Origin: Oculina patagonica
Taxonomy: Eukaryota
Reading direction: 5' to 3'
Assembly (NCBI RefSeq): GCF_052425735.1
Contig: NC_135763.1
Span: forward strand, 19,716,001 to 19,780,000
DNA length: 64,000 nt
Below are positions 27,164 to 39,754 of this stretch, piece after piece. Made by a program: the position numbers and the translations under genes. Positions within the stretch are counted from its first letter, which is position 1. Every line of letters begins with the position of its first letter. The notes below the pieces were generated by a model. It saw only the letters and a program-made list of their open reading frames with translations. It was not told where the DNA came from and did no database searches.

Positions 27164-30100
27164 GAAACTCTAAAGGATTGCAGTCCAAAACCTACAATAT
27201 TGTGCACTTTGAAGACAAAAGTCAAGAAAATTTACCGCTTAAAGAGCTACGCGCGACTGTTTTCTTTTGGCGAATAGAAAACAGTGGGAGAACCAATCAG
27301 ATTCGCAAATTTCCAATAGAACACAGCTGAGTTTCTATTAAATACAGATAGAAATAAGTCATGCACGTTACATTTAAATAATGCTGTTTCTTTTCCTAGG
27401 AATGGTTACAATAAAAAATGAGACTAATATAATGGTTAAGAATGCTATCGACATCATCTTCAGCGGTCTGTCGTTCTGGCTTTTTGGTTTCGGATTAAGC
27501 TTTGGTGTGGATGAAGGTACAAATGCTTTCACAGGGGTCGGGTATTTTCTCACGGAGGTACCCATCGAAAAGGGGCAAGTTTATTCAATGTATTTCTTCC
27601 AAATGGCGCTGGCTTCAACAGCAACAACAATTGTCTCTGGAGCAATGGCCGAGCGGACGAATCTCAAGGCATACATGTTATACTCATTTGTGAGTACGTT
27701 CTCGACATGTTTTCCAACTCATTGGATTTGGGGAAAGAACGGACTTCTCAAAGAACTCGGGGTCATCGATATCGCTGGGTGCTCTGGGGTGCACCTGGTT
27801 GGCGGTGCCGCGGGGCTGGCTGCTGCTGTCATGTTAGGGCCCAGACTAGGGCGCTTCGACGACAACAAAAAACGACCCCAGCCGTGCTCCATGACAAATG
27901 TGATGCTTGGGACGTTCATGTTGTGGTGGGGCTGGCTCGGGTTCAACTGTGGGAGCACCTTTGGCATCAGTGGAGGTACGTGGTTACTAAGATAAGATAA
28001 AGATAAAAACTTTATTACCGTGTCTGTGTGTTTAGCCCTTATGGACTAATTGGGGACACAATTAAAATACCTAAAATACTATTAATAATGCTAAGCTAAA
28101 AATATTTAAAATACTTAACTAAAAACTAATATTTACAATGTCTTAAGCGCAACAGAGTTTGCAACAGTTACTATTGTTGTCCACGTAGTCCGATAGATTG
28201 AGTTGTTTAATTTTAGTTTTGAATGCAGCCACAGTCGGCGAGTTTTTCAAGTCTTTGCTTAATTTTGACCATAGAAGGGGTCCGAGATATCTGATACAAT
28301 GTTTCCCGTAGCGTTTAGTATCAAAACGCGGTAAGACAAAATCACTGTTTCTGAGCGAGTGTGTAGTGTCTTTGCGGACAAAAAAGGCAGAGACGTTGTC
28401 TGGCGCAAGCCCGTTTTTGACCTTATACATAAGCGTTGCTGTATCTTGTAAACGCCTATTATATAGTGTGGGCAAATCTGCCCGTCCCGTTTCGGCGTGG
28501 GATCTGAATATAGCTCTTAATGCGCGTTCCTGAATTCTCTCGAGTTTCCTTTTGTCCGATGACTTACAAAACTGCCATGTTAGATGGCAGTATGTTAGGT
28601 GAGGTAAAATAAACGTCTTATACAGTAATAGCTTAGCCCGTGCAAGATATTAAATTGCGAAGACGAGAAAGTACTCCGACATTCTGGCTGGCCTTAATGC
28701 ATAGCGCACGGATATGCTCGGTGAACTCAAGATTATCGTCGATGTGAACTCCCAGTAGCTTGATTTGTTCTGTTTTTGTAATGTCTATGTCATCGATGTT
28801 GAGGACTGTATCGCTCTTGTCTGCTGATTAATAACAGCATAGGAATAAGTGGAGTCCAATTCTGTCTGTCGGGAATAGTGTCTCCATGTGAGACCAAATT
28901 CTTACAACTACCATTAAAGTAAATGTACGACAATCATTTAGGAGATTTGATATTTCAAGATTGCGTCTCACTGATGACGGCAAAACGTGCTAAGTACCAC
29001 CAATGGTTCAATATAACTGCATTTTCTGTCGTTATACTTTTTAAGCTTCTTGTTCCCCTTATGTATATTTTCAGCAAAATGGAAGTTAGCTTCTCGGGCA
29101 GCGGTCATTACCCTAAATGGCTCAATCGGTGGTGGAATCTTGGCTATTGCGTACAGCTACATTCAAGATGAAGAGACACTGGATGTTCCGACTTTCGTAA
29201 CGGGAATCCGCGGGGGCCTGGTAGCAGTCACTGGCATTTGTGCTCTGGCGAAGCCGTGGGAAGGACTATTGATAGGAGTTTTTGGTGGGCTGTTCGCATG
29301 CCTGCTTTCCGACGCCATGATCAAACTGAAAATTGATGATCCAGTGAACTGCGTTTCTACCCATGCTGGGTCAGCGGTATGGGGCATGATTGCTGTGGCG
29401 CTGTTTGTGGAGCAAGAGAAAGACGAAGGCTTTGCTGAGGAGAAAGGGCTTTTTAAGGTGCTGCTTAAATAAGTGTGTGCAGATAGAGTTTTCATTTCGT
29501 TTTTTCTTCCATTTAGATTAATTCACCCTATTTCCATTATACTAATGTTAGCGTTTTGAACAAAGTTAATTTAGTTCTGGCGGTGAACAAATGCCTGGTT
29601 TTTACTGGCAACAGAAGCATTAAGCAGGCTGTATAATGAATAAATGTAATGATAAATAAATGAATTGATGTATAAATATCCAGAGTCAATCTAGATTTCG
29701 AGAAAATCAGACGTGTTCGAAACAAAAGAAAACGACAGTCGTTGCTATGGCAACCTTTGTGATTAAGTGACCAGTAAAAAAATTAAACGTTGGTCATATT
29801 TGATCATTATAGCGTATTTTGGCTCAATCACGTTTATTTTTTACAAGTATGCAGCATGCATTTAACCGTTTAGTCCTAGCTGTAGCGAATTAAGTTCTTT
29901 TTACTGGTCCCCAATCTTTGGTGTAGTAGAAGCTGAGAGATGGAAGAGCTTATTAAAGAAATTTCTTGCAGGGAGGTAGTTGGCGACTGCTTGGTGTTCA
30001 GTTACTAGCCTGCGTGGTGACAGCTGCTTGGGGAGTCATAACAACAGTTATTTTGCTTTACGCGATAGAGAAGACGGTCGGTATACGACTCACACGTGAA

Positions 30101-30676
30101 GAAGAGCAGCAGGGCTGTGATTTGGTGGAACATGGCATCGGCGAAGAAGACGAAGACGAGGACGGAGACAAAGGGGAAGTCGACACGGGCGAACAAACGA
30201 AGAGACCAAGTGCGCTAAAAAGAAGCACACTAACTGAAGTAGAAAAGTTCAGCAATGAAGGATCAGAGGCGTCAGGGGAAAGAAAATTCACAGGAGCGTT
30301 TGTGATGAGGTTGCCGTTTATTGCTCGCGCCCTCAGACTCAAAAACAGGAACACAAAACCACTTAAAGAAGAACTGAGTGGCGCTCAACCTACTCGCGTT
30401 GAGAGCTCAGCTGATGCACGAAAGAATAAAGAAGATTCACCAACGCCCGACGATTCAAGCCCACCTCGTGTTATGAGCACCAAAGATATACGAAGGGAAA
30501 ACGACGACACGCGGGTATCTGACGATGTGCAATCAATCTACAGTATAGAGACAGATATCGAAGAGCTCTTAAGAAGGGATGGGGAAACTTCATGCTATGT
30601 TATGAATGCAAAAAAGCCAACTATGGACAAATGCACACAAGTTGCCTGTGAACATGGCATGCTTTTTGAGTTGTAG
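25629..30676 (+). CDS. amt: Ammonium transporter B, 4 exons, ~601 aa
   Basis: Exons 25629-25770 (MTEASPP..FTMQSGFGLIES, absent from the ORF track), 27400-27975, 29075-29457 and 29972-30676. All introns GT-AG; total 1806 nt in frame. Motifs SGVHLVGG, WWGWLGFNCGS, DDPVNCVSTH. Confidence 0.93.
26655..27056. mobile_element. Foldback MITE inserted at AATT into the left arm of hairpin 2
   Basis: AATT|GGCCATGTTCTAAACGAGC ... GCTCGTTTTGAACATGGCT|AATT; nearly the whole element is an inverted repeat. Confidence 0.8.
27057..27345 (+). mobile_element. Non-coding element beginning with GA-mismatch hairpin 2 (27057-27154)
   Basis: TAGACTA-CGAG-CC-CGAG-TTTTCTATGAGC..ATAGTCAA-CGAG-GC-GCA-GC-CGAG-TTGACTAT..GCTCATAGAAAA-CGAG-GG-CGAG-TAGTCTA; CCAATCAG near the distal end (~27293). 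The right boundary is approximate. Confidence 0.75.
27988..28825 (-). mobile_element. 5'-truncated CR1/L2-group LINE in Amt-B intron 2
   Basis: ORF 28143-28475 (LPTLYNRRLQD..SLRNSDFVLPRFDTKRYGKHCIRYLGPLLWSKL) is an ORF2 C-terminus; short (TAAGA)n-type tail at 27988-28005. Confidence 0.85.
29679..29787. mobile_element. Fragment of the MITE family seen at 44856-45649
   Basis: AGAGTCAATCTAGATTTCGAGAAAATCA..GTTGCTATGGCAACCTTTGTGATTAAGTGAC matches ~45482-45585. Confidence 0.75.
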
Positions 30677-31757
30677 ATAGAGTGATTTCAGTTAACCCGT
30701 GAAATAGTTATTACACTTTTAGATACTATTAGACACAAATTCCATTGTTTTCTTTTGTTTCCGCACAAACTATTACGCACAAACTGCTAGATATTGTTTA
30801 CTGTTCATACATATACGTACAATAAACGTATTGTCAAACATTTTTATTGCTATAGAAAGAGGTCACAGTGCAAACATTTTATGTGCAACGTCAACCTTTG
30901 GTGTGATTTCACATTTAACAGTTTATAAGAGTAAAAGATTAGTTGGGCAATAGAAGCTTTGCTTGTCTGTCATTTTTTTTAACGTCTCTAATTGCAACCC
31001 ATAAACTAGCAATGAAAACGATTTAAAACAGGATAGCTGTTTTCTAGTACTGTTATTTCATTGTATCTTTATCTCTTCTGTTTTGATCATGTTGGCACAG
31101 AATTACAACAGAAGAATCCAACTATTCATACTAATAAACATGTTTTGCTCCTACTGCAAACCTTCGTACGTAATATTATTTAATAACTAGCTATAACATA
31201 CATCAGTATAATATCACTCTATTCAGCATGCATTTTTTCTTAATATATAACCAAGAGACTAAGATTTCAAACCACTCCTTTTCTTGAAGTGAAGTTAAGG
31301 TTCCTGACAATGGCTTCCAGCACTTTGAAAAAAATTCTACCACTCTATCATGATCAGATACTGCTACAATAATTGCATCAAACATATACCTTATCATTGG
31401 TGAACAAGTTGTGGTCACTTTTGTGACAACAGGTTACCATAACAACAATATAACCTGTTAAAAACACCCGTAATGTAAGCTTTAAGTGCTTATAACTTAA
31501 TAGCGAGCTCTGTAAACCCTCCATTTTTATTATCAAATTGTGATAGGCATTAACATTTCAAACATTTAAGGTGTTTCTGAGCCCCCTAAGCAAAATATAT
31601 TTATACTTTGCAAAGAATTGTATCTTACCATGCTAAACCCAATGGGGGTCATTACGTTATCTCACAAGAAAATATCGCAACAAATTTGCTGCCATGATTA
31701 AAATGCTTTTTTTGTTCAGGTCGGCTCCCAAAACTAAAAGTGATTTTCAAAGCACCT

Positions 31758-34700
31758 CTACTTCTTCTTGTTGTTCAAGTCACTAAAACTCAGTCTAATT
31801 TCTCTTGCGTCATCCGCTGGTGTAAGGGTTATGATCACAGGCACTTTCATTTTGGGAAGGGTGGAGCCCCTGGGGACTTTTTTTCCCTCATTGCCCGAGA
31901 GAAAACCCGACTTTCTTTTGGATGGCAGAACTTTATCCCACTTGAATTTGGTTTTCGCTGAACTGCTGATATTGTTGGAGAAAACATTTTCGTTAGCTTC
32001 CTGGAGTGACGGCTGTCGTTTATTGGTTGAGGTAATTTGGCGATCCTGTGATACATTATCGCTTATAGATTCGGAATCAGTTTGCTCACAATCTTGTAAC
32101 TCAGCGTCACCATTCGTGTTTTCACCCTGTGCCATACGACGGTTGTTATCATTTAAAGTTGTACCTTCAGTTTTACCTCCACTGGTCGGGAACACTCTGT
32201 TCTGAGATCGTGGGACAGGACGCACACGACTCTCGGTCTTTGCTTGTGATTGGTCAATCCCATGCTCGCAAGCGTCCGCACCCAGAACTTCTTCCTCTAA
32301 TGGAAATCTCAGCCCAACAGATTTGTCGATGAGGTAAAGCTGAATGAAAACTGTAATGATTGTCCATGCGGTTATGGAAACGCATGCCAAGAGCTGGACT
32401 CCGAGTATTTTAACATGGCCTCCCTTGAAAGCACCATATGTGTCTGAAAATGTATTCTCAAGCGTGTCTTTTTCGACAAACAGCCCAACAGCTATCATTC
32501 CCCAGATTGAGCCTCCCGCATGTGTAGATACAGCACCGACAGGGTCATCGATTTCGATTCTGTTTAGAAGTTGCCAGCCGATGATTGAAATCGCCGAACC
32601 AATGAAACCAATAGCAAGACTCTCCCCAGGCCTCACAACACCACATATGGCAGTGATGCTGACCAGGCTACCAAGCACTCCAACCATGAAGTAGGGAATG
32701 TCCAACCTAGCGAGGAAACATTGTCTATCAGTACTCCTGACAGCACATATACACGTTGAAGCTCATTTACGTCAGCCACCTTTCATATTGTCTTTTTTCT
32801 TCAACGTTAAACATTTATAGATCTTTCCCAGTTTCTAACGTCGCTCTCACCTCATTGGATGAGAGCACCTAGGACCGAGATTGCACTCGGCTAACCTACA
32901 GTGCTAAGATAACTTGGTCGTGGTTAACTATCGTGTTTAAAAGCTTATTGTCTGGGCTCCATAAAATCTCACCTGTTACATTTAATATAACTGTAAAACG
33001 TAGCGAACACGCCACCACCGCATGAGGCATTTATAGTGCAGACCGCTGACCGAGAAGCAAGCTTCCATCTTCCACCGCTGACCCCAAATGTGCTGCCGCA
33101 GTTGAAGCCAAGCCAGCCCCACCACAGCATGAACATGCCTGCAATGAAGAATAAAATCAATTACAAACATTATTCCTGAAAGCTGTGTAGAATAACCAGA
33201 GTGTCAATCTTGTTCAGTGTTAATCTAACACCCCGAGCCTGCTTTTCTCTTGGTCAGCAGGCTGCTCTGGCCAGTTCCAATTTAAAAGTCGGCGATTAAC
33301 GCACTTCTGCTAGAATCTGACTGGCTGACAATCAAAACTGCGGCGCATGCTCAAAAATCAGACTTGGTCAGAGTGAGAGCTCTTGATGCTGACCCAATAG
33401 CGGGCTCGAGGGACGAGGTTGATATGGTGGCGTGTAAAAATAGATTAAAAACTTGAAACTACATGTATCAAATTGTGTGTCGGGAGTAGGGATATGGCCC
33501 ATTGTTGAGAGCGCTCGCCTCCTAGCTATCAGTGTGGCCCGGTTTTGAATCTGGACCTGAATTTGGACCTGGTGTCATATGTGGGTTGAGTTCGTTGTTG
33601 GGTCTCGTCCTTGCTCCGAGGGTTTTTCTCCGGGTTTACGGTTTTCCTTCCTCCACCAAAAATAAAAGTTTAATTCCAATGCGATCTTTGACGGATGCAC
33701 TTACATTTTCTAACGAGCTCCTTGGGACTTTTTCGTGTTACATGGGTATGCAAAGTACATTAATTTCATAACTTGTTTTACATTTTGTGATTAAAAAAGC
33801 GTTTTCCCTCAACAGAAAAAAAAGAATAACAAGCAAGCAAAAAAACAACAACAACAAAGCAAACAAACAAAAAAACAAACAAACAAACAAACAGAACCAG
33901 TCAACGTACTTACCAAGCAACACATTGGTCGGGCTTCCCATGTTATGTCTCATGGGTGCACCAACACCTGAAACACTTTTGAACCTTCCCACTCGAGGCT
34001 TCAGCATGATAGTTGCGACCAGTCCTGCTACTCCTCCAACGAGATGCACTGGGCTGGCCCCACCCATATCGACCACGCCCATGTTTTTAAGCCACCCGTT
34101 GTCTCCCCACACCCAGTGAGCAGGAAAACAATAGGTCAAAGTATTCGTGAAGGCAAATATGATGTACGCTTTTAAGTTCATTCTTTCGGCAACTGCTCCT
34201 GACACTATAGTCGTTGCGGTGGTTGCAAAAGATGCTTGAAAGCAGTAAAGTGCAAAGACATCCCCCATGCGCGTTTCTTCTGCATCAGTGAAGAAGTTTC
34301 CGTAGCCAGAGAATGCATTAGCCCCGTCGTCGTTTCCAAACGTGAAGGCAAAGCCGAACATCCAGAAACCCAAGCCACCAAAAATAACATCAACTGCGTT
34401 TTTTACCATTATATTCGCCTCGTTCTTCCTTGAGACCATACCTTAAATAAAATCGACAAGTAAATAACTATTACACAGCATTGAACAAAACATACTGGTT
34501 TTTCAGTGAAAAAAAATCGATAATCTGTCGATATTGAAGGGAGAGGTCACAATATTAATCTGTGATCCATGCAGCAACATATGACACTTCTTTTTAGTGT
34601 AAAGCGATGATTTACAACGGCAGTCATCTTGCCTTGCCTTCTCTTCCTATATTTGCCTATTTTGTAATAACACAACCGAGTTATCCGAGTTATCATACTA

Positions 34701-35731
34701 TCATGCTGAATAACTGTTTTACAGATCAAGCTTTTGATTTTTTTTTTATAACAGCGTTAAAAACTGTGCTGGGTGGGCGCGCTGCCTTTGTGAATTGTTT
34801 CCTTTTGTCCCCTTATGTGACAGAATTGTGTTTGAAAAGAACATCAAATGAATGCTGTTACTTGCAGCAAAACAAACGTGGCGCATGACTGCACACGAAC
34901 ATTATATTTGTATTAAATTAGTTGCAGGTGACGTAATGATCTCTGAGCCAATCAAAATGAAAAAACTCTGTTGATAAATAATACAAGCTCTTTTTTCGAG
35001 ATCTGTTTCTAAGGGAAATATAATTTTCAAGATGCTGATTGATACTTGATTTTCCACCACTGATGAAATCGTATATAGCGAAAACCAGATTATGAATGTT
35101 TATAAACGGGGAAAAAAATAAATTCACTTGCAGTGACAGCTTCGAAATTAACTCGTTTGCGGGAAAATGACGGATACTGATAAATGATTTGGAGGGTAAA
35201 TTGATACAAAGTCTGTTTCCGTTGGCGCGCCTTTCCTTTGGCTATACATAACAATTCAGTGGCGGAAAATCTTCAAAGTAAACTTGAAATGTGCGTTTTG
35301 ACCTTGGGGATATTGTCAATGATATTTATTACCGGTAGTCACGAATGAAGTTTCTTAAAATGGTAAATTAGTAAAATGACAGTGGATTTAGGGTTGCAGA
35401 TGCAGAAAGTACGGAAAAGCTTCTATGCAAATAAAAAAAAAACACGATTTCGAAAACAAGATATACAGTATTGGTATAAAACAAAACAATTACTGAGAAA
35501 AATAGAAATGTCACAGATTCCCAGAATAGTACTTAAAATAAACCTACCGGATTCCACCAGTCCAAAACCTGAAATCATTGTGAAAATTATAAAAGCACTG
35601 GTTAATATCCACACGGCATCTCCTGACCCATCCATGGTTCCTCTACTACGTGGGGTTGTCATCAATTCACCACTTATAACGGACGAAACAGTCTCGTTTA
35701 AAACCGAGGAGTTGGTTGGCGGGTCTGCCAT
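31758..35731 (-). CDS. amt: Ammonium transporter C, 4 exons, ~608 aa
   Basis: Exons 35731-35548, 34441-33914, 33138-32973 and 32706-31758; GT-AG introns; 1827 nt in frame. Motifs FTMISGF, GASPVHLVGG, WWGWLGFNCGS, DDPVGAVSTH. Confidence 0.94.
33482..33760 (+). mobile_element. tRNA-derived SINE in Amt-C intron 2
   Basis: Degenerate tRNA-like head followed by a GTGGGTTGAGTT..GGTTTTTCTCCGGGT..GGTTTTCC central domain that I recognise from metazoan SINEs. Confidence 0.7.
33830..33895. repeat. (AAAC)n-like microsatellite
   Basis: Direct reading. Confidence 0.85.
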
Positions 35732-38700
35732 TATGGGTCACTCAAAAACTGCAGCAGGTTTCTCAAGCCAGTGAAGATTGCTCTAACGATTTGCTCCTAG
35801 TGTTTATCTGAAATTAATAAAAGTGGTTTTACATTGTAAATAAGAGAATATTGTGCTTATCTGAGAGAGATCTCCTGATAGGTTGTAATGTATATCTTTA
35901 AGGGATCTGAATTTAAAAAACTGCAACATTTGGTATAGGTACAATGTGCGGCAGTAGTTTAAATATGTACATGTGCAGGATATTATAACTGTAACTGCAC
36001 TGAAAGGACTGAAAGCTTGATTTATAACTATACTTATATCAAGTATCAGATACATTATCCATTTCCGAATCATGAAGTATTGTTCCGAGAACATGCCACA
36101 CTTTTATTTAAAGGCTTAAAACAAATAGATAGTAATTCTCTATAACGAAGGAGGACTTTGAATTAAAACGTTCGTTTAAAATGATCGATTTTAAGTTTAA
36201 ATTACCTCGACGACCATTTGCTTTTCGTGGACAGCCTTTGGCAAGATAAGAAGTCGGCAATTAACTAAGCATGTTAAATTAAGCTCCTGAATTTTTATAT
36301 ATATACTTTATATTTTTGGCTTTTAAAATACTGGATGCTTAATAATTACGCTCACCTAAACGACGTCGACGTTTGCCTCTTACTTAACACTTCTGTTTTG
36401 GTCCAGCTGAAATTAGTATGTGATAGGTTTCCCGCCGCTCTTTAGACCAACTAAAAACACATATAATTACGCCGTCTTTTTTGCTCACTGCTCATGTTCT
36501 GTGACGTTGTCGAATTCCCTTTTTGTGGTTACTTAGGAGTCATTCAAACAAGACAAGCGAACTGCGTCGAAAAGAGTTGGTCTTCCGCTGAATAAACCTC
36601 TCATGAAAATAACCGGCGTATATGACAATATGCAGTAAATACTGCCTGCGAGATCCACCGGTGAATTAATCAATATGCAAAACTCGTTGAATGTGCTTGA
36701 ATAATTAAGCAGTTGCACCGAAAAATACCAAAAATACCGGTAAAATAAAAGCGATAATGGAACCTTCACAAAGCGTTAGTCGATGTTTTCATTTAGAGTG
36801 CTATCCATTGTGGCGCATGTGGCGACAAAATAATGTAATTTTTAAGCTACAATAACTTAGAAAGCCTCGTTTATTCATAAATAATTTTTTGTCCCAAAAC
36901 AGTTTTTATAATTTTCACCTGTTTGGTGAAATTGTATGGAAATAGATAAAATGTGACATTTACAACATGAAATAAACGTTATTACCCAATTCTTATTTCA
37001 CTGAATCCAAAGTAGCAATAATTTTGTGAAATTAAATAAAATACTAAGTATGACATTTAATTTTCCGTTTTAAGAAATTATAGCAAATTATAAGCGGTAA
37101 AAAATGATGTAAGGTTTATTTTTATTTTTGAATTTCCATTTTCTCATTGCCTGTTTATAACAGTTTCAAATCGCAAAGTTATGCGAATAAGGAAAATGGT
37201 CACCTTCTGAAAAGGAAAAAGGAATATCGGTTAAAAACCAAATTCTTGCTGGGTAAACTTGAGGAATAAATGAAAAATCTAATGGGAAAATTGATTCTGA
37301 TTTCCAAGTAAGGGTAAGGGGATAGGTTCACGGGCGCGTTGCGCAAAACCATTCTAACAAGCACGTAATTTAGGAAAATTTAGTGGAAATGTTTTAAACT
37401 GGTGAATGAGCCGAGATCAGTGGAGTGAAAATGAAACGACGTTCATAAAGGTGTAACGCGCGAGTCGGATTTTGGCATTACGAAGTAAACAATAACTCCT
37501 TCTCTATGACACTCAGCAGATGTTTGCTTTTATTTCGGCGAATGTTTAGTTATTAGTTCGACGTTCGGTGACGAACATTTCTTGAATGGAAATATCGTTA
37601 AGACTTACATCATTTAAACGAAAAACAAACTGCCTAAGGTCAGATACAGTTTTGCACAAGAGGTCATACGCAATTTATCCAAAGGTGACAATTCAAGGGA
37701 AAGATAGCCTCGATCACACGCTCCCCTGGTAGCGTTCCTCATGTAGCTAGAAAATAGCGTTTACCGACAATAAGACACGAACCGCTCTCTTGCAAAAAAT
37801 ATATTTATTTTTCCTATTGTCTTCGGTGGCTCCGTAGTTATTTCGGGGTTTCTGGGGGCTTTGACGCGATGACTACAAAACTTTACGAAAACGTTACCGA
37901 TAATTCGGTAATATGATAGAATTCGATTTAAGTGGAGTAAAATAATATTAATTAATGCGATGAGAATTTCACTGTAGTCTATACTTTTTAACAAAATCGC
38001 ATCCAGTGAAATATTTTGCTGATATATTTTGAAAAAAGATATATCAGAGAAGAATTGTATAAGTTTGTATAATAAGTTTAGATATTCCCGTCTCTACACC
38101 TGTAATGTTAAGGTTTATCTTTCAAAACATCCTTGTAAAGGTTTTACTAATGAACAAATTGGACTCCCTTACGTCAAAATTCGTTGCCATGGCAACTACA
38201 AACGTGGTCACAGAAACCTTATTTTTGTCCGTTTGAGGCTTATTACTCTTAAAAACTAGGCGGTAAATGTTTTGTTTTTTCATATATTTTTGCCTAAATG
38301 ACAAAATAAACGATCCGACAATGTTTTAAAAAATTCTGTCAGAAATGCTCAGAGCCACTTTATGCAAAAAATAACGTAGCTCCGAATAATTTTGACAGAT
38401 TTCTCTTAAATTTTGCAAAAATGTTTTCTTGTCGGTTAAATAAAAATATGTGAAAAAAGAAGAACTTTCACCTAGTAATTTTTAAGTAATTAGCCTCGAA
38501 AGGTCCAAAATAGTGTATATTTAACCTCATATAATGTTGCCATGAAAACAGATTTTGACGTCAATATAATCAATATGAACTCAAATTGTTCAGTGGTTTA
38601 TCTTGCTTACGTTTGGGCTAAAAGATTTTCCTTAACCTTATTGGTATAGCTGTGATAAATACGAAAGACGGGCATATCTAATTCTGACTAAACTATAACG

Positions 38701-39754
38701 AGCCACCTTTAATAAATACTAAACAATTGGACACTATTTCACACTTATTCCATGGTTTTCTTTTGTTTGCTTTTGACTATCAGATACTAATTGTTCGACA
38801 TTGTTTCACGGGTTAAGTAATACCACTCTAGCTGAAATCAGTTCGTATCGCCAACTGACTGTAACTTGTGGGTTTTTAATAAAGTGTCATTTTTAAGTGC
38901 CCTGAGGTCCTTTCTTGCCTAACCCAGGTCAGTTAGAAAAAAGCGAGAAAAATAAGGAAAAGTGGAAAATGGTGGAGGAGAAAGAATGAAAGGATGATTG
39001 TTTTCTCTCAAAATGGGAAGACACTGTATACGGCCAGAAAAATTGGGGAAAATGCATTGCTTATGGAAAGAGCTTAAGGATAGAAATAATGCCGTTTGTC
39101 AGATAATTTAAATAACTCAAATACCACCCAAGCAAACATTTCGTCGTCAAGGTTTTTTCTTTCTTTTAACATGAATTGAGATAAGCTCCCCAGTGAGTGT
39201 AAAATTATCGACACCGGTGAAACAAAAATATTTAATATAAAGTTTGATAATTTTAGTAAATTGACGCCGTTGTTGAATAGCAAGGAAATAAGATTGAAGA
39301 AGAAAATATGTTTAGAAGAACGGCGAGTTTGTGCCGCCTTTTGCAGGGAACATATTTTTGATATAATTGCTCTGCTACGCTTAGTTCATCGCTGTTGTAA
39401 AGCACTACAAAACAACAAGCGTTTATGAGTTTGTTTAAGGCACTAATCGATTTTTCTGTTGCAAGATTTCGAAATCCATTCATAGACAATGCAATTCATA
39501 GGCAATGTGTGAGGAGTTTAAAGACATTTCATGAAAAGAAATAAAGCTTGAATCTACTAAGAAAAACCTCGCTTGACAAGGATTTATCGTCCTATAATTT
39601 TTTTCTTTCTTTCTTTGTTTGCATTTACTCATTGTAAATCGCGATGGGAGTTATTTGAAATCTAAGCTATAAAATCTGAAAAAAAAGTGTCCAAGCTTAT
39701 TATGCGTGAAATGCAAAATAAGCTTAAACAACCTGAAAGAAGAATTCTTGAGAA

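Noticed and set aside
37820-38712. Additional TTAA-type element in the Amt C-D intergenic region
   Set aside because: A right end GAGCCACCT|TTAA is visible but the left TIR and TSD are too degenerate to support.
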